Shown here piece by piece: positions 1 to 10,013 of a stretch of 64,000 bases of DNA. This DNA is from an uncultured delta proteobacterium (lineage in GTDB: Bacteria; Myxococcota_A; UBA9160; UBA4427). The notes beneath the pieces were generated by a model that saw nothing but the letters and a program-made list of their open reading frames with translations, had not been told where the DNA came from and searched no databases. How positions within the stretch are numbered: the stretch's first letter is position 1; each line of letters opens with the position of its first letter. The position numbers were made by a program, and so were the translations under genes. The DNA is taken from the NCBI GenBank assembly GCA_963822965.1, contig CAWGJT010000012.1, positions 384,001 through 448,000 of the forward strand, written 5' to 3'.

Positions 1-959
1 AGGGGAACCCCCAGGGTGGTCACCGTCGCGAGGGCCGCGAGCACGTTCTCCATGTTGAAGCCGCCGTGGAAGGGAGCCCGCACGGCGAGGGGCTCGCCGC
101 CGTCGACCCGCAGCTCGAAGCGCGTGCCGTCGGCCTCGGGCGTGAGTCGCGCGGCCCGGAAGCCCTGGCCATCGGCCAGCGCGGGGTCGGAGTCGGCGAT
201 CCCGTAGCGGACGACGCGACCCGGCGCGGCGGCCACCACGTCGCGCACGTTCGCGTGCCCCCAGGCGACGACCAGGGTGCCATCCGACGGCATGCGCGCC
301 ACCAGCTCACGGAACGCGGACTTCACGTGGTCGAGATCGCGGTAGATGTCGGCGTGGTCGAACTCGACCGACGTCACGATCGCGGTCCGCGGGTGGTAGT
401 GGAGGAACTTCGGCGTCTTGTCGAAGAAGGCGGTGTCGTACTCGTCACCCTCGACGACGAAGTGCGGGCCCTGCCCTTCCCGGAAGCTGCCGTCGAAGTC
501 GAGGCTGATGCCGCCCACCAGCAGCGATGGGTCGCGACCCGTCGCCTCCAACAGGAAGGCCACCAGGTTCGTAGTGGTGGTCTTGCCATGGGTGCCCGTG
601 ACGACCACCGGGTGCTTGTCGGCCATCGCCAGCTCGTAGAGCGCGTCGGAGAACGACCGGTACGGCACGCCGCTCGCCATGGCCGCCACCGCCTCGGGAT
701 TGTCCGGGCGCACGGCGTTGCCGATCACGAACAGGTCGGGCGCCACGGAGCCGTCTGCGGCCAGGAAGTTGTCGGGCGAGAAGCCCTCGCGCACGGGAAT
801 CTGCCAGCGCGCCAACGCCGTGCTCATGGGCGGGTACAGGCCCTTGTCGGAGCCGGTCACGGTGACACCGCGCGCCTTCAGCAGCCCCGCCAGCGATCCC
901 ATGCCGGTGCCGCCGATGGCGATGAAGTGGACGTGGCGGGGTCCGTCCGCGGTGGTCAT
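1..959 (-). CDS. mpl: UDP-N-acetylmuramate:L-alanyl-gamma-D-glutamyl-meso-diaminopimelate ligase (murein peptide ligase), 3' end runs off the window
   Basis: Hand translation from ATG at 959: MTTADGPRHVHFIAIGGTGMGSLAGLLKARGVTVTGSDKGLYPPMST, then GNAVRPDNPE, P-loop VTGTHGKTTTT and EGDEYDTAFFDKTPKF, all typical of Mpl. Not in the ORF track because it is truncated. Confidence 0.88.
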   Translation of the reverse strand, partial: MTTADGPRHVHFIAIGGTGMGSLAGLLKARGVTVTGSDKGLYPPMSTALARWQIPVREGFSPDNFLAADGSVAPDLFVIGNAVRPDNPEAVAAMASGVPYRSFSDALYELAMADKHPVVVTGTHGKTTTTNLVAFLLEATGRDPSLLVGGISLDFDGSFREGQGPHFVVEGDEYDTAFFDKTPKFLHYHPRTAIVTSVEFDHADIYRDLDHVKSAFRELVARMPSDGTLVVAWGHANVRDVVAAAPGRVVRYGIADSDPALADGQGFRAARLTPEADGTRFELRVDGGEPLAVRAPFHGGFNMENVLAALATVTTLGVP

Positions 960-999
960 CCGATTCCCATTCCCATCCGAGCCAGCCGACTCGGCCAAC

Positions 1000-2175
1000 T
1001 CATCCGGATTCGAACGCGTCCAGGATGTAGTCGTGCACCTCCGGCCGCAGACCGAAGCGGCTGCGCTTGGCCACCAGATGCACGCGGTTGGTGAGCATCA
1101 CCACGATCGCCTCCTTCTCGAGGTCGATCCAGACGGAGGTTCCCGTGAAGCCCAGGTGCCCGATCGAGGTGGGCGAGAAGTGCGAGCCCGACGAAGACTG
1201 ACCCGGCGTCGGCGTGTCCCAACCCAGCGCCCAGTCCGAGCCCTCGGGCAGCTCCTGGCGGCGGGAGAACTCGCGCACAAGCTCCCGGGGCAGCAGCTCG
1301 CTGCGGCCGTGCCACACGTCGAGCCAGATGCGCGCAAAACGCATCACGTCGTCGGCGGTGGAGAAGAGGCCCGCGTGGCCGGCGACGCCCCCCATCGCGT
1401 ACGCGTTCGGGTCGTGCACCTCGCCCCACACGATCCGGTCGCGCCAGGGGCAGTTCTCGCTGGCGGCAGTGCGGCGGAGGCGCTCTGGCGGGAGGGCGAC
1501 AGCCTCGCCGCCGTCGCCGTCGACCCGCAGCTGCGGGTGGAAGCGCGTGTCGTGGAGCTCGAAGGGCGTGAAGATCCGCTCCTGGCAGAAGACGTCGAGG
1601 GCCTGACCCGAGACCGCCTCGACCACGGCGCCGAGCACGATGAAGTCGAGGTCGCCGTAGACGGCGGCCTCCCCGGGCTCGTGGACGAGCGCCGAGCGCA
1701 CCACCCGGTCGAGGATCCAGGCGCGACCCTCGGCGGTGCCGATCCACCGCTCCGCCGTCTTGCGCTCGCGCTTCAGCAGGTCTTCGTGGAAGCCGCGCCA
1801 GGGCCGCAGACCCGCCGAGTGGGTGAGCAGCTGCCGAAGGGTCACCGCCTCCTTGTCGCGCTCCGCGAAGGCCGGCAGCGCCTTGGCGACCGGCGCGTCC
1901 AGCTCGAGCTTCCCCTCGGCGACGAGCAGCAGCACCGCCGTCGTGGTGGCGATGGGCTTGGTGAGGGACGCCAGGTCGAAGATCGTGTCCCGTCGCATGG
2001 GGATGCGCTCGGGCTGCAGCACCGCGAGCCCGCGCACCGTCTCGAACTCCAGCAGCTCGCCTTCCTTCGGCATGCGAGCCAGCACGACGGCGCCGGGGAT
2101 CTCGGATCCCTCGATGGCCTTGTCGAGGGCACGATCGACGCGTGCCAGCTTGCGGCGGACCACGGCCCACTTCAT
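1000..2175 (-). CDS. Serine hydrolase, beta-lactamase/AmpC-like family
   Basis: FDLASLTK (SxxK), LRQLLTHSAGL, GVAGHAGLFST, IGHLGFTGTS. Start taken at MKWAVVRRK. Confidence 0.85.
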   Translation of the reverse strand: MKWAVVRRKLARVDRALDKAIEGSEIPGAVVLARMPKEGELLEFETVRGLAVLQPERIPMRRDTIFDLASLTKPIATTTAVLLLVAEGKLELDAPVAKALPAFAERDKEAVTLRQLLTHSAGLRPWRGFHEDLLKRERKTAERWIGTAEGRAWILDRVVRSALVHEPGEAAVYGDLDFIVLGAVVEAVSGQALDVFCQERIFTPFELHDTRFHPQLRVDGDGGEAVALPPERLRRTAASENCPWRDRIVWGEVHDPNAYAMGGVAGHAGLFSTADDVMRFARIWLDVWHGRSELLPRELVREFSRRQELPEGSDWALGWDTPTPGQSSSGSHFSPTSIGHLGFTGTSVWIDLEKEAIVVMLTNRVHLVAKRSRFGLRPEVHDYILDAFESG

Positions 2176-2337
2176 CGGGAGCTCTCGTTCTCTCTTCGCT
2201 GGGGGATGCGGCTCGGGCGCCTGCCCGACCCACCCCCCGGCGGTCTGGCGGCGCGTGGCGTCCTGGGGCCACGTGACCACCCAGGTTACCCCAGCCGCAC
2301 GCGCAGCTCCTGTCCCTGCAGCCTCCTGCCGGCGCGC

Positions 2338-3267
2338 CTAGCGGCGCGCGACGGGAAATTCGAGCAGCTCGATCTCGCCACGCTCGGCGTCGATGGCGGC
2401 GCGCCCGCCGTGGGGCCAGGGGTGGTTCTCCGGCCCGTGGCCGAAGGGCAGCCCGACCAGGGTCGGCACGCCCAGGGGTGTGAGGATCTCGCGGAGCACC
2501 TCGTCCACGCCGGGGCCGCCCCCGGCAGCCCCCGCGTCCGGCGGATCGCAGTCGACCATCTGCCCGATGCCGATCCCCGCGAGCCCGGCGAGCTTTCCCG
2601 CGGCATGCAGCTGCTGGAGCATGCGGTCCACGCGATAGGGCGCCTCGTGCACCTCCTCGAGGAGCAGGATGCCGTCCCGGGTGTCGATCTCCCACGGCGT
2701 TCCGAGGCTCGCCACCACCAGGCTGAGCGACCCGCCGGTGAGACGACCCTCGCGCCAACCGCCCACCCAGGGCTGCCCGCGCAGCCGGGGCAGCTCGCCG
2801 GTCCCGATGAGGGCGCGCGCCAGCTCCCGGTGCGACTCCCGGGGTACGGGCTCGCCGCGCTCGAGCATGGGACCATGGATGCCCATCAGACCCGCGACCC
2901 GTCGCTGCCAGAGCAGCAGGGTGGTGACGTCGCTGTAGCCCACCAGCGGCTTGGCGGCGTTCCGTACGAGATTCGCATCGAGCCGGGCCACGATGCGGTG
3001 GGAGCCGTAGCCGCCCCGCGCGCACAGGATGCCGTGGACGTCGGGATCGGCGACGAGCTCCATGAGCTCCGCCGCGCGCGCCGCGTCGTCGCCCGCGAGG
3101 TAGCCGCGGCGCGCCGTCAGCGAGCTGCCGCGTCGCGGCTCGAAGCCCAACGCGCGGACGAGCGCCTCGCCCGCCTCGAGCACCGACTCGTCGATGGGAC
3201 CCGCGGGCGTCGCGATCCCCAGGGTGTCGCCGGGACGGAGGGCGCGTGCCTTGCGGAGGGTGGCCAC
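2338..3267 (-). CDS. ldcA: Muramoyltetrapeptide LD-carboxypeptidase (peptidase S66)
   Basis: ARGGYG, GYSDVT (catalytic Ser), LLEEVHEAPYRVDRML, PFGHG (catalytic His). Confidence 0.88.
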   Translation of the reverse strand: MATLRKARALRPGDTLGIATPAGPIDESVLEAGEALVRALGFEPRRGSSLTARRGYLAGDDAARAAELMELVADPDVHGILCARGGYGSHRIVARLDANLVRNAAKPLVGYSDVTTLLLWQRRVAGLMGIHGPMLERGEPVPRESHRELARALIGTGELPRLRGQPWVGGWREGRLTGGSLSLVVASLGTPWEIDTRDGILLLEEVHEAPYRVDRMLQQLHAAGKLAGLAGIGIGQMVDCDPPDAGAAGGGPGVDEVLREILTPLGVPTLVGLPFGHGPENHPWPHGGRAAIDAERGEIELLEFPVARR

Positions 3268-3288
3268 GGCGGCCTCCAGCCTCGGGGA

Positions 3289-4737
3289 TCAGAACGGGTC
3301 TTCGGCGCTCGCGGCAGGCGGGATGAACCCGCCGCTGCCCGGGGCACCGCCGTAGGGATCGTCGCTCACCGGCCAGTCGCCGAAGCGCGCGAAGCGGCCT
3401 TCGAACTGCAGCTTGACGGTGCCCGTGGGACCGTTCCGCTGCTTGGCGATGATGAGCTCCGCCAGATCCTCGTACTCCGTCTCGCGGTTGTAGACCACGT
3501 CCCGGTAGATGAAGCCGATGAGGTCCGCGTCCTGCTCGATGGCGCCGGACTCGCGCAGATCGGCGAGCATCGGCCGCTTGTCCTCCTTGCGCGTCTCCGG
3601 GCCGCGGTTGAGCTGCGACAGCGCGATCACGGGGATGTCGAGCTCCTTGGCCAGCCCCTTCAGGCCGCGGCTGATCTCCGAGATCTCCTGCTCGCGGCTC
3701 TGGGTGTTGTGATCGCCGTGGGCGAGCTGCAGGTAGTCGACGATCACCATGTCGAGACCGTGCTGGGCGTGCAGGCGCCGGCTCTTCGCCCGCATCTCGA
3801 GCACCGTGGCGGCACCCGTGTCGTCGATGAAGATCTGCGAGTTTGCCAGGCTGCCGGCCGCCGCCACCAGACGCGCGTGGGCCTCGAGCGCGATCAGACC
3901 CGAGCGGAACGCCGAGAAGTCCACCTCGGCCTCGGACGAGAGCAGCCGCAGCACCAGCGACCGGGTGGTCATCTCGAGGGAGAAGATGGCGACCCTCTTG
4001 CCGTAGTCCACCGCCGCGTTGCGCGCGATGTTGAGCGCCAGGGCCGTCTTGCCCATGGAAGGCCGTGCGGCCAGGATGAAGAGGTCGCCGGGCTGCAGGC
4101 CGCCGGTCTCCTTGTCCAGGGCTGCAAAGCCCGTCGGGACGCCCGTCAGCTCGCCGCTGCGGCTCATCAGCAGGTCGATGTGATCGACGGCCCGATGCAT
4201 CTCCACGGAGAGCGGGCTCAGGGTGGCCTTCGCCTTCTCCTGGCTCAGCGCGAAGATCCTCGACTCGGCGGCGTCCAGCAGCTGGTCCGAGGGCTGGGTC
4301 TGGTCGTATCCGAGGCTCACGATCTCGGTGGCCGTCTGGATGACGCTGCGCTTGACGGCCTTGTCGCGCACGATGCGCGAGTAGTGGGCGATGTTGGCGG
4401 CCGTGGCCTCGTAGTCGGCGATCTCGGCGAGCACCACCGCGCCGCCGATGGCGTCGAGCAGGTCCCGCGACTTCAGGTAGTCCGAGAGGGTGGTGAGATC
4501 GACGGGCTGGTTGGCGTCCTTGAGGGACACCATCGCCTCGAAGAGCCGGCGATGTGCGGGAATGTAGAAGTCGTCCGCCCGCAGCTCACCGGCGATCTCG
4601 TGGATGGCTTCGTTGTCGAGCAGGATGGCGGAGAGCACGGCCTTCTCGGCCTGTGCGTCGTGCGGCGGGATTCGATCTCGGGAGCGGCCCACGCGCGACG
4701 CGTCCCGCGGATCTTCGAATCCACCGCCCGAAGCCAA
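3289..4737 (-). CDS. dnaB: Replicative DNA helicase
   Basis: AARPSMGKT Walker A, VDYLQL, ALSQLNR, DLRESGAIEQDAD, IAKQRNGPTG. Confidence 0.97.
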   Translation of the reverse strand: MASGGGFEDPRDASRVGRSRDRIPPHDAQAEKAVLSAILLDNEAIHEIAGELRADDFYIPAHRRLFEAMVSLKDANQPVDLTTLSDYLKSRDLLDAIGGAVVLAEIADYEATAANIAHYSRIVRDKAVKRSVIQTATEIVSLGYDQTQPSDQLLDAAESRIFALSQEKAKATLSPLSVEMHRAVDHIDLLMSRSGELTGVPTGFAALDKETGGLQPGDLFILAARPSMGKTALALNIARNAAVDYGKRVAIFSLEMTTRSLVLRLLSSEAEVDFSAFRSGLIALEAHARLVAAAGSLANSQIFIDDTGAATVLEMRAKSRRLHAQHGLDMVIVDYLQLAHGDHNTQSREQEISEISRGLKGLAKELDIPVIALSQLNRGPETRKEDKRPMLADLRESGAIEQDADLIGFIYRDVVYNRETEYEDLAELIIAKQRNGPTGTVKLQFEGRFARFGDWPVSDDPYGGAPGSGGFIPPAASAEDPF

Positions 4738-4925
4738 CTTCGCCCACCCCCCGGTATTCGGTCTTCACCGACGACGCGACGCGCGAGTATACCAAGCGAT
4801 GCGCACGCACGTGCATGCCAACGCGACTCGTTCGCTCGATTGTTGAAATCAGAACGTCGTGTCTCCGATCGTTCGCCCTCGCGGGGCGCGGACGACCGGA
4901 CGCGACGCGGCGAGCGCCGGAGGAA

Positions 4926-5453
4926 TCAGCCGGCGTCGGCCTCTGAACCCAGGCGCTCCGCGTCGGTGTCGTCTTCGTCCTCGGCCGCCTCGGCGACGAC
5001 GCCACTTGCGGTCACGACGACCTTGATCGTCGCGACCAGCTCACGATGGAGACGAAGCTGCACGGTGTGCTCGCCGACGGTCTTGATGGGCTCGGCGACC
5101 TGCAGCTTGCGACGGTCGACCTCGACGCCCTTCTGGGCGAGCTCGTCGGCGACCTGCTGCAAGGTGACCGAGCCGAAGAGCTTGCCTCCCGCGCCGGCCT
5201 GGGCCTCCACCTCGACCACCTGGGCCTCGATGCGCGCGCGCACCGCCTCGAGGTCCTTGAGGGCCTTGGCCTGCTGCTCGGCGATGATGCGCCGGTGGTG
5301 CTCCAGCTCGTTGATGCGCGCCTCGGTCGCGATGCTGGCCTTTCCCTGCGGGAGCAGGTAGTTGCGCGCGTAGCCGGGCTTGACGGCGACGAGGTCGCCG
5401 GCGTGGCCCAGCTTCTCGACGTCCTCACGCAGGATGAGCTTCACTTGCGCCAT
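4926..5453 (-). CDS. rplI: 50S ribosomal protein L9, with short acidic tail
   Basis: MAQVKLILREDVEKLGHAGDLVAVKPGYARNYLLP, GKLFGSV. RBS AGGAGG upstream of ATG 5453. Confidence 0.96.
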   Translation of the reverse strand: MAQVKLILREDVEKLGHAGDLVAVKPGYARNYLLPQGKASIATEARINELEHHRRIIAEQQAKALKDLEAVRARIEAQVVEVEAQAGAGGKLFGSVTLQQVADELAQKGVEVDRRKLQVAEPIKTVGEHTVQLRLHRELVATIKVVVTASGVVAEAAEDEDDTDAERLGSEADAG

Positions 5454-5510
5454 CGGAATGGCCTCCTGTCCGGGCACTGTCCCCAAAGGATGCACCCGGC
5501 TCGCTACGGA

Positions 5511-5942
5511 TCAGACGTGCTTGGCCGCGAAGGGCAGCAGGGCGATCTGCCGCGCGCGCTTGATCTCGAGGGCCAGCTTGCGCTGGTGCTTGGCGCAGGT
5601 GCCCGAGATGCGCCGCGGCGTCACCTTGCCCGTCTCGGAGATGAACAGACGCAGCGTCTTCGGCTCCTTGTAGTCGAGCGCCAGCTTCTTGTCGGCGCAG
5701 AAGCGGCACACCTTGCGGCGCTGGAACATCCGCTTCTTGCCCTTGCGGGCCTTCTTGCGGGCGCGCGCCCGCAGGCGCGCCTTGACGCTCCAGTTGGTGC
5801 GGCGCTCGTCGTCGCGCCCCCGGCCGCCCGGCCGGCCGCGGTCGCCCCCGCGGTCACCACCACGGTCGCGGTCACCGTACGAGGGGCGATCCGAGGACGA
5901 ACGATCGGAATCACGTCGGGGCGGTGCGCTGCCTTCGCTCAT
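5511..5942 (-). CDS. rpsR: 30S ribosomal protein S18 (Zn-binding form) with about 70-aa N-terminal extension
   Basis: RRKVCRFC...DYK...[37 protein letters not shown] overlaps the rpsF stop (TGATG). Confidence 0.95.
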   Translation of the reverse strand: MSEGSAPPRRDSDRSSSDRPSYGDRDRGGDRGGDRGRPGGRGRDDERRTNWSVKARLRARARKKARKGKKRMFQRRKVCRFCADKKLALDYKEPKTLRLFISETGKVTPRRISGTCAKHQRKLALEIKRARQIALLPFAAKHV

Positions 5943-6481
5943 CAGTTGTCCTCCTCGTCGTCGCCGTCGGAATCGTTGTCGTTGTCGTTGTCGTCCGAGT
6001 CGTCGGCAGCGTCGGACGAATCTTCGGCGTCTTCCGACTCGGAGCGCTGGCGCGCCTCCTCGGCCGCCTGGCGCTCGACCTCGGCTCGGGCCTCGGCCTC
6101 CTCGGCCTCACGCGCCGCCTTCTCCGCGGCCCGCTTCTGCTGGTCGGCCTCGGCGATGCGCGCGGCTTCGCGGCGGGCCTCGATGTCGACGACCTCTTCC
6201 TCGACCCGGATGGTCATGAAGCGAAGCACGGATTCCTCGATGCGCAGGTTGCGCTCGAGCTCGTTCACCACCTGGCCGTCGTCGAGGAACGACAGCACGT
6301 AGTAATGGCCCTTCTGGAACTTCTCGATCTCGTAGGCGAGCTTGCGCTTGCCGAGATCGCTGCACATGAGACGCGTCGCACCCGCCTGCTCGAGCACGCC
6401 GTCCATCTTCTGCAGGATGGACTCGGTGCCCTCGCTCGAGATCTCGGGCTGGACGATGATGGTCGTTTCGTATTCCCGCAC
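5942..6481 (-). CDS. rpsF: 30S ribosomal protein S6 with long charged/acidic C-terminal tail
   Basis: GTG at 6481 after [17 protein letters not shown]...[10 protein letters not shown]...[16 protein letters not shown]. Confidence 0.95.
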   Translation of the reverse strand: MREYETTIIVQPEISSEGTESILQKMDGVLEQAGATRLMCSDLGKRKLAYEIEKFQKGHYYVLSFLDDGQVVNELERNLRIEESVLRFMTIRVEEEVVDIEARREAARIAEADQQKRAAEKAAREAEEAEARAEVERQAAEEARQRSESEDAEDSSDAADDSDDNDNDNDSDGDDEEDN

Positions 6482-6779
6482 GACTTCTCCTCGCGGACGG
6501 GCACCGGGGTGCCCGAGCCCAGGCAGAGACCATCCGGCGGGTACCGGAGAGGCGAACCTGGACTGAGGATTGGGTGGCTGCCGCCCTCTCGCGGGGCTCG
6601 CTCGCAGTCGCACGCGAGAAGCTCCGGAGAGGCCGAAACGCCGCAACTACGGCGAGCGGCCGCCCAGGGGGTCGTACGGGTAGCATGCCGGCGAGCCCGG
6701 CGCGATGGGCAGCCCGCGGCACCCCTTGGGGTGCCGGGGCGCCCGGGCCTCTCTCGGGGCGGGCCGGGGCGCAGCTCCG

Positions 6780-7343
6780 TCACTCCAGCAGCAGCGCGTG
6801 GACGCGGCCGTCCGGGGTCAGCTCCGGGTGGAAGGTGCACGCGAGCCGATTCGCCTGGCGCAGCAGAACCGGCTCTCCTTCCACCCGCGCCAGCACCTCC
6901 ACGGTGGGGCCCGGCTCCACCAGCCGCGGCGCCCGGATGAAGACGCACCGCATGCCGGCGAAGTCCCCGGAATCCGCATCCGCCGCCGCCGCGAACGAAT
7001 CCACCTGGGTGCCGTAGTCGTTGCGAAGCGCCACCACGTCCATGAGCCCCAGGGTGGGCACGGGGTGGTTGCGGGACTCCCGGGCCATCAGAATGGCCCC
7101 GGCACAGGTGCCGAGCACGACCCGCCCCGACTCGGCGAACGTCCGCAGGGGCTCGCGCAGGCCCAGACGATCGATGCCCTTGGCGATGGTGGTGCTCTCG
7201 CCACCCGGCAGGATCAACGCCGACAGGTCGCTCAAGTGCTTCTCGCGAAGCACCGGAACCGCCTCGGCGCCGAGGCGGTCGAGCGCCTTGGCGTGCGCTT
7301 CCACGTCGCCCTGGATCGCCAGAATGCCCACCCGCGGCTTCAC
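6780..7343 (-). CDS. pdxT: PLP synthase glutaminase subunit
   Basis: VGILAIQGD, ILPGGEST, GTCAG, FIRAP, TFHPEL. GTG start at 7343. Confidence 0.94.
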   Translation of the reverse strand: MKPRVGILAIQGDVEAHAKALDRLGAEAVPVLREKHLSDLSALILPGGESTTIAKGIDRLGLREPLRTFAESGRVVLGTCAGAILMARESRNHPVPTLGLMDVVALRNDYGTQVDSFAAAADADSGDFAGMRCVFIRAPRLVEPGPTVEVLARVEGEPVLLRQANRLACTFHPELTPDGRVHALLLE

Positions 7344-7371
7344 CCGGAGCTCCCTCCCCTCGCGGCCGACC

Positions 7372-8295
7372 TCACCAGCCCCGGTTGGCGAGGCGCTCGC
7401 TCTCGTCGAGGGTTGCCATCTCGATGCCCGCCATCGCCTCGCCGAGCCCGCGGCAGGCCGCCGCCACCTCTTCGGCGTCCTGCCAGTGGGTGTTGGCGCG
7501 CACGATGGCCCGCGCCCGCACCTGGGGATCGGCGCTCTTGAAGATGCCCGAGCCCACGAAGACGGCCTCGGCGCCCAGCATGCGGCAGAGCGCCGCATCC
7601 GGCGGTGTGGCGATGCCGCCCGCCGCGAAGTTCGGCACCGGCAGCCGGCCGTGCTCGTGCACCCAGCAAACCAGGTCGTAGGGCGCGCCCATCTCCTTGG
7701 CGGCGGCCATCAGCTCCTCGGGCAGCTTCGCCTGCAGCGCGCGGATCTCGCCGCACACGCTCCGTAGGTGCCGGACCGCCTCCACGATGTTGCCGCTTCC
7801 CGCCTCTCCCTTGGTGCGGATCATGGCCGCGCCCTCGCCGATGCGCCGGAGCGCTTCGCCCAGGTTGCGGGCCCCGCACACGAACGGCGAGCGGAAGTCG
7901 TGCTTGGCGATGTGGTGCTCGTCGTCGGCCGGGGTGAGCACCTCGCTCTCGTCGATGAAGTCGACGCCGAGGGCCTCGAGCACCCGGGCCTCGGCCAGGT
8001 GGCCGATGCGCACCTTCGCCATCACCGGGATCGAGACCGACCGCTGGATCTGCTCGATCATCTCCACGGCGCTCATGCGCGCCACGCCGCCGTCGCGCCG
8101 GATGTCCGCCGGCACCCGCTCGAGGGCCATCACCGCGCAGGCCCCCGCCTCCTCGGCGATCTTGGCCTGGGCGGGATCGGTCACGTCCATGATGACGCCG
8201 CCCTTCAGCATCTCGGCAAGCCCCACCTTCAGCTCGAAGGCCTCGGCGGTGGTGCGCGACGATCGGCTCCCGTTCCCGGAGTTCTCTCGTGCCAT
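7372..8295 (-). CDS. pdxS: PLP synthase lyase subunit
   Basis: [48 protein letters not shown]-terminal LANRGW. Confidence 0.97.
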   Translation of the reverse strand: MARENSGNGSRSSRTTAEAFELKVGLAEMLKGGVIMDVTDPAQAKIAEEAGACAVMALERVPADIRRDGGVARMSAVEMIEQIQRSVSIPVMAKVRIGHLAEARVLEALGVDFIDESEVLTPADDEHHIAKHDFRSPFVCGARNLGEALRRIGEGAAMIRTKGEAGSGNIVEAVRHLRSVCGEIRALQAKLPEELMAAAKEMGAPYDLVCWVHEHGRLPVPNFAAGGIATPPDAALCRMLGAEAVFVGSGIFKSADPQVRARAIVRANTHWQDAEEVAAACRGLGEAMAGIEMATLDESERLANRGW

Positions 8296-8370
8296 TTTCG
8301 GTTTCCTTCTCGTTGGATCGTTGGATCGTTGCCCAGATCTCTCGTCGCCCGCGCTGCGCGCGGGCGCGAG

Positions 8371-9862
8371 TCACATGTTGACCGCCGCGGCGCCGAACCC
8401 GTTGCGTCCGATCTCCTGTCTGCGCCGCACGACCTGGCCCAGGATGGCCACGCCGCGTCGGATCTCGCTCTCGTTGGCCTGCGCCAGGGTCAGCCGCAGG
8501 GCACGCGAAGGACCCCGGTCGGCGAAGAACTGCGACCCGGGCGCGAAGAGCACGCCCTCGCGCGCAGCGTCGGCGAGCAGGTCGCGGGTGTCCACCTCGA
8601 AGGGCAGCTCGACCCACACCTGGTAGCCGCCCTCGGGTCGCGTCCACAGCGTCCCTTCGGGCATCTCGCGCTCCAGGGCCTCGAGGATCGCCTCGGGTGC
8701 GCGCGCGCAGGATGCGACGCATGCGGGCCAGGTGCCGGTCGTAGACGCCGGAGCGCACGAACTCCTCGAGGGCCGCCTGCAGCGGCATGGCGTCGGAGAG
8801 GTCGGTGCTGTGCTTGAGGGCCACGAGCGCCTCCAGGGCGCGACCCCGGGCGCTGATCGAGCCCACGCGCGCGCCGGGGAAGAGCGACTTCGAGAACGAG
8901 GACAGGTGCACGACGAGCCCGCGCTCGTCGAGGGCCGCGAGCGGCGGCACGTCGCGGCCCGACGAGCGCAGGTCCATCTCGAAGCCGTCCTCGATCAGGG
9001 GCACGCCGCACCGCGCCGCCACCTCGAGCAGCTGCCGCCGGGCGCCGAGGCTGGTGGTGGTGCCCATGGGATTGTGGAACGTGGGAATCGTGTAGAAGGC
9101 CTTCACGTCGGGCCGGGACAGGGTGCGCTCGAGCTGCTCGAGATCCGGACCGTCGCTGCCGAGGGGAACCGGCGCGGCCCGCAGGCCCAGGGCGACCAGG
9201 GTGGAGAGGACGTTGTGGTAGGTGGGAAGCTCCACCGCGACGGCGTCGCCGGGCTCGGCGAACAGACGCAGCGCGAGGGAGATGCCCTGGCTGGCACCGT
9301 GGCAGAGGACCACCTCGTCCGAGCCGATGCGGCAACCGCTGCGCTCGAAGCGCTCCGCGATCACCTGCCGCAGCCCCGGGTGGCCCTGGGGCGGTCCGTA
9401 CCGGAGCAGGTCGGCACCGTCTCGCGCCATCACGCGCTGCAGGGCGCGCCGGAAGGCGTCGACCGGGTAGAAGGCCGGGTCCGGAATCAGTGAGTGCAGG
9501 GGCACCACGTCGCTTCCCGCCCCGAAGCGGGGACGGGCGTTCTCGTACGCCAGCAGATTCTCGACGGTGGGCGCCAGGCTCACCTCGACGGGCAGACCGG
9601 GGGCGGCGGCCGGCGCGAGACCGCGGACGAAGGTGCCGCGCCCGACCACCGATTCGAGCAGCCCCTCCGTCGCCAGCGCCTCGTAGGCCAGGGCCACGGT
9701 GTCGCGGTTCACGCCGACATCGGCGGCCAGCACCCGGATCGGCGGCAGGCGCGTCCCCGGTCGCAGCGCCCCGGCGTCGATCTCGCCGCGGATGTGCTCC
9801 GCGATCTGGCGGTATACGGGCGGCTGGCCGCGTCCGGGAGATTGGAGGGACGGAAGACGCAT
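8371..9862 (-). CDS. pdxR: MocR/GabR-family regulator (GntR HTH + PLP aminotransferase domain), probable PdxR; one frameshift near 8696
   Basis: N-terminal YRQIAEHIR...RLPPIRVLA...VNRDTVALAY...GRGTFV; aminotransferase motifs YTIPTFHNPMG and SFSKSLFPG. The C-terminus (EMPEGTLWTRPEGGY...LRL) is in another frame, and removing one base at ~8696 rejoins the two. Directly upstream of pdxS. The pdxR name is inferred from context. Confidence 0.75.
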
Positions 9863-9869
9863 GCGGAAC

Positions 9870-9911
9870 ACCTTACCGACCGGCCAATACACCGTCAATC
9901 GGACGTCCGAT
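9870..9911 (-). promoter_or_regulatory. sigma70-like promoter for pdxR with adjacent palindromic operator candidate
   Basis: Minus strand TTGACG(9898-9893)-N17-TAAGGT(9875-9870)-N7-ATG(9862). Perfect 14-bp palindrome ATCGGACGTCCGAT at 9898-9911. Confidence 0.6.
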
Positions 9912-10013
9912 CATTTGTCCCGTGATTTCGCCAAATTCACCTCCACAATAAACCGGACAATTGGCGATTTGACCGGGATCCGGGCCTGCGCTGCGCGATT
10001 CGGTCGCGGGACG

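Noticed and set aside
679..5361. 1560-aa plus-strand ORF, and similar giants at 21365-25207 and 47797-50742
   Set aside because: These are antisense shadows of real minus-strand genes. High GC3 leaves few stops on the opposite strand, and the translations contain no recognisable domains.
7340..9898. 852-aa regulator ORF running over pdxS
   Set aside because: It is an artefact of the frameshift at ~8696; the true C-terminus is in the 8371-8664 frame.
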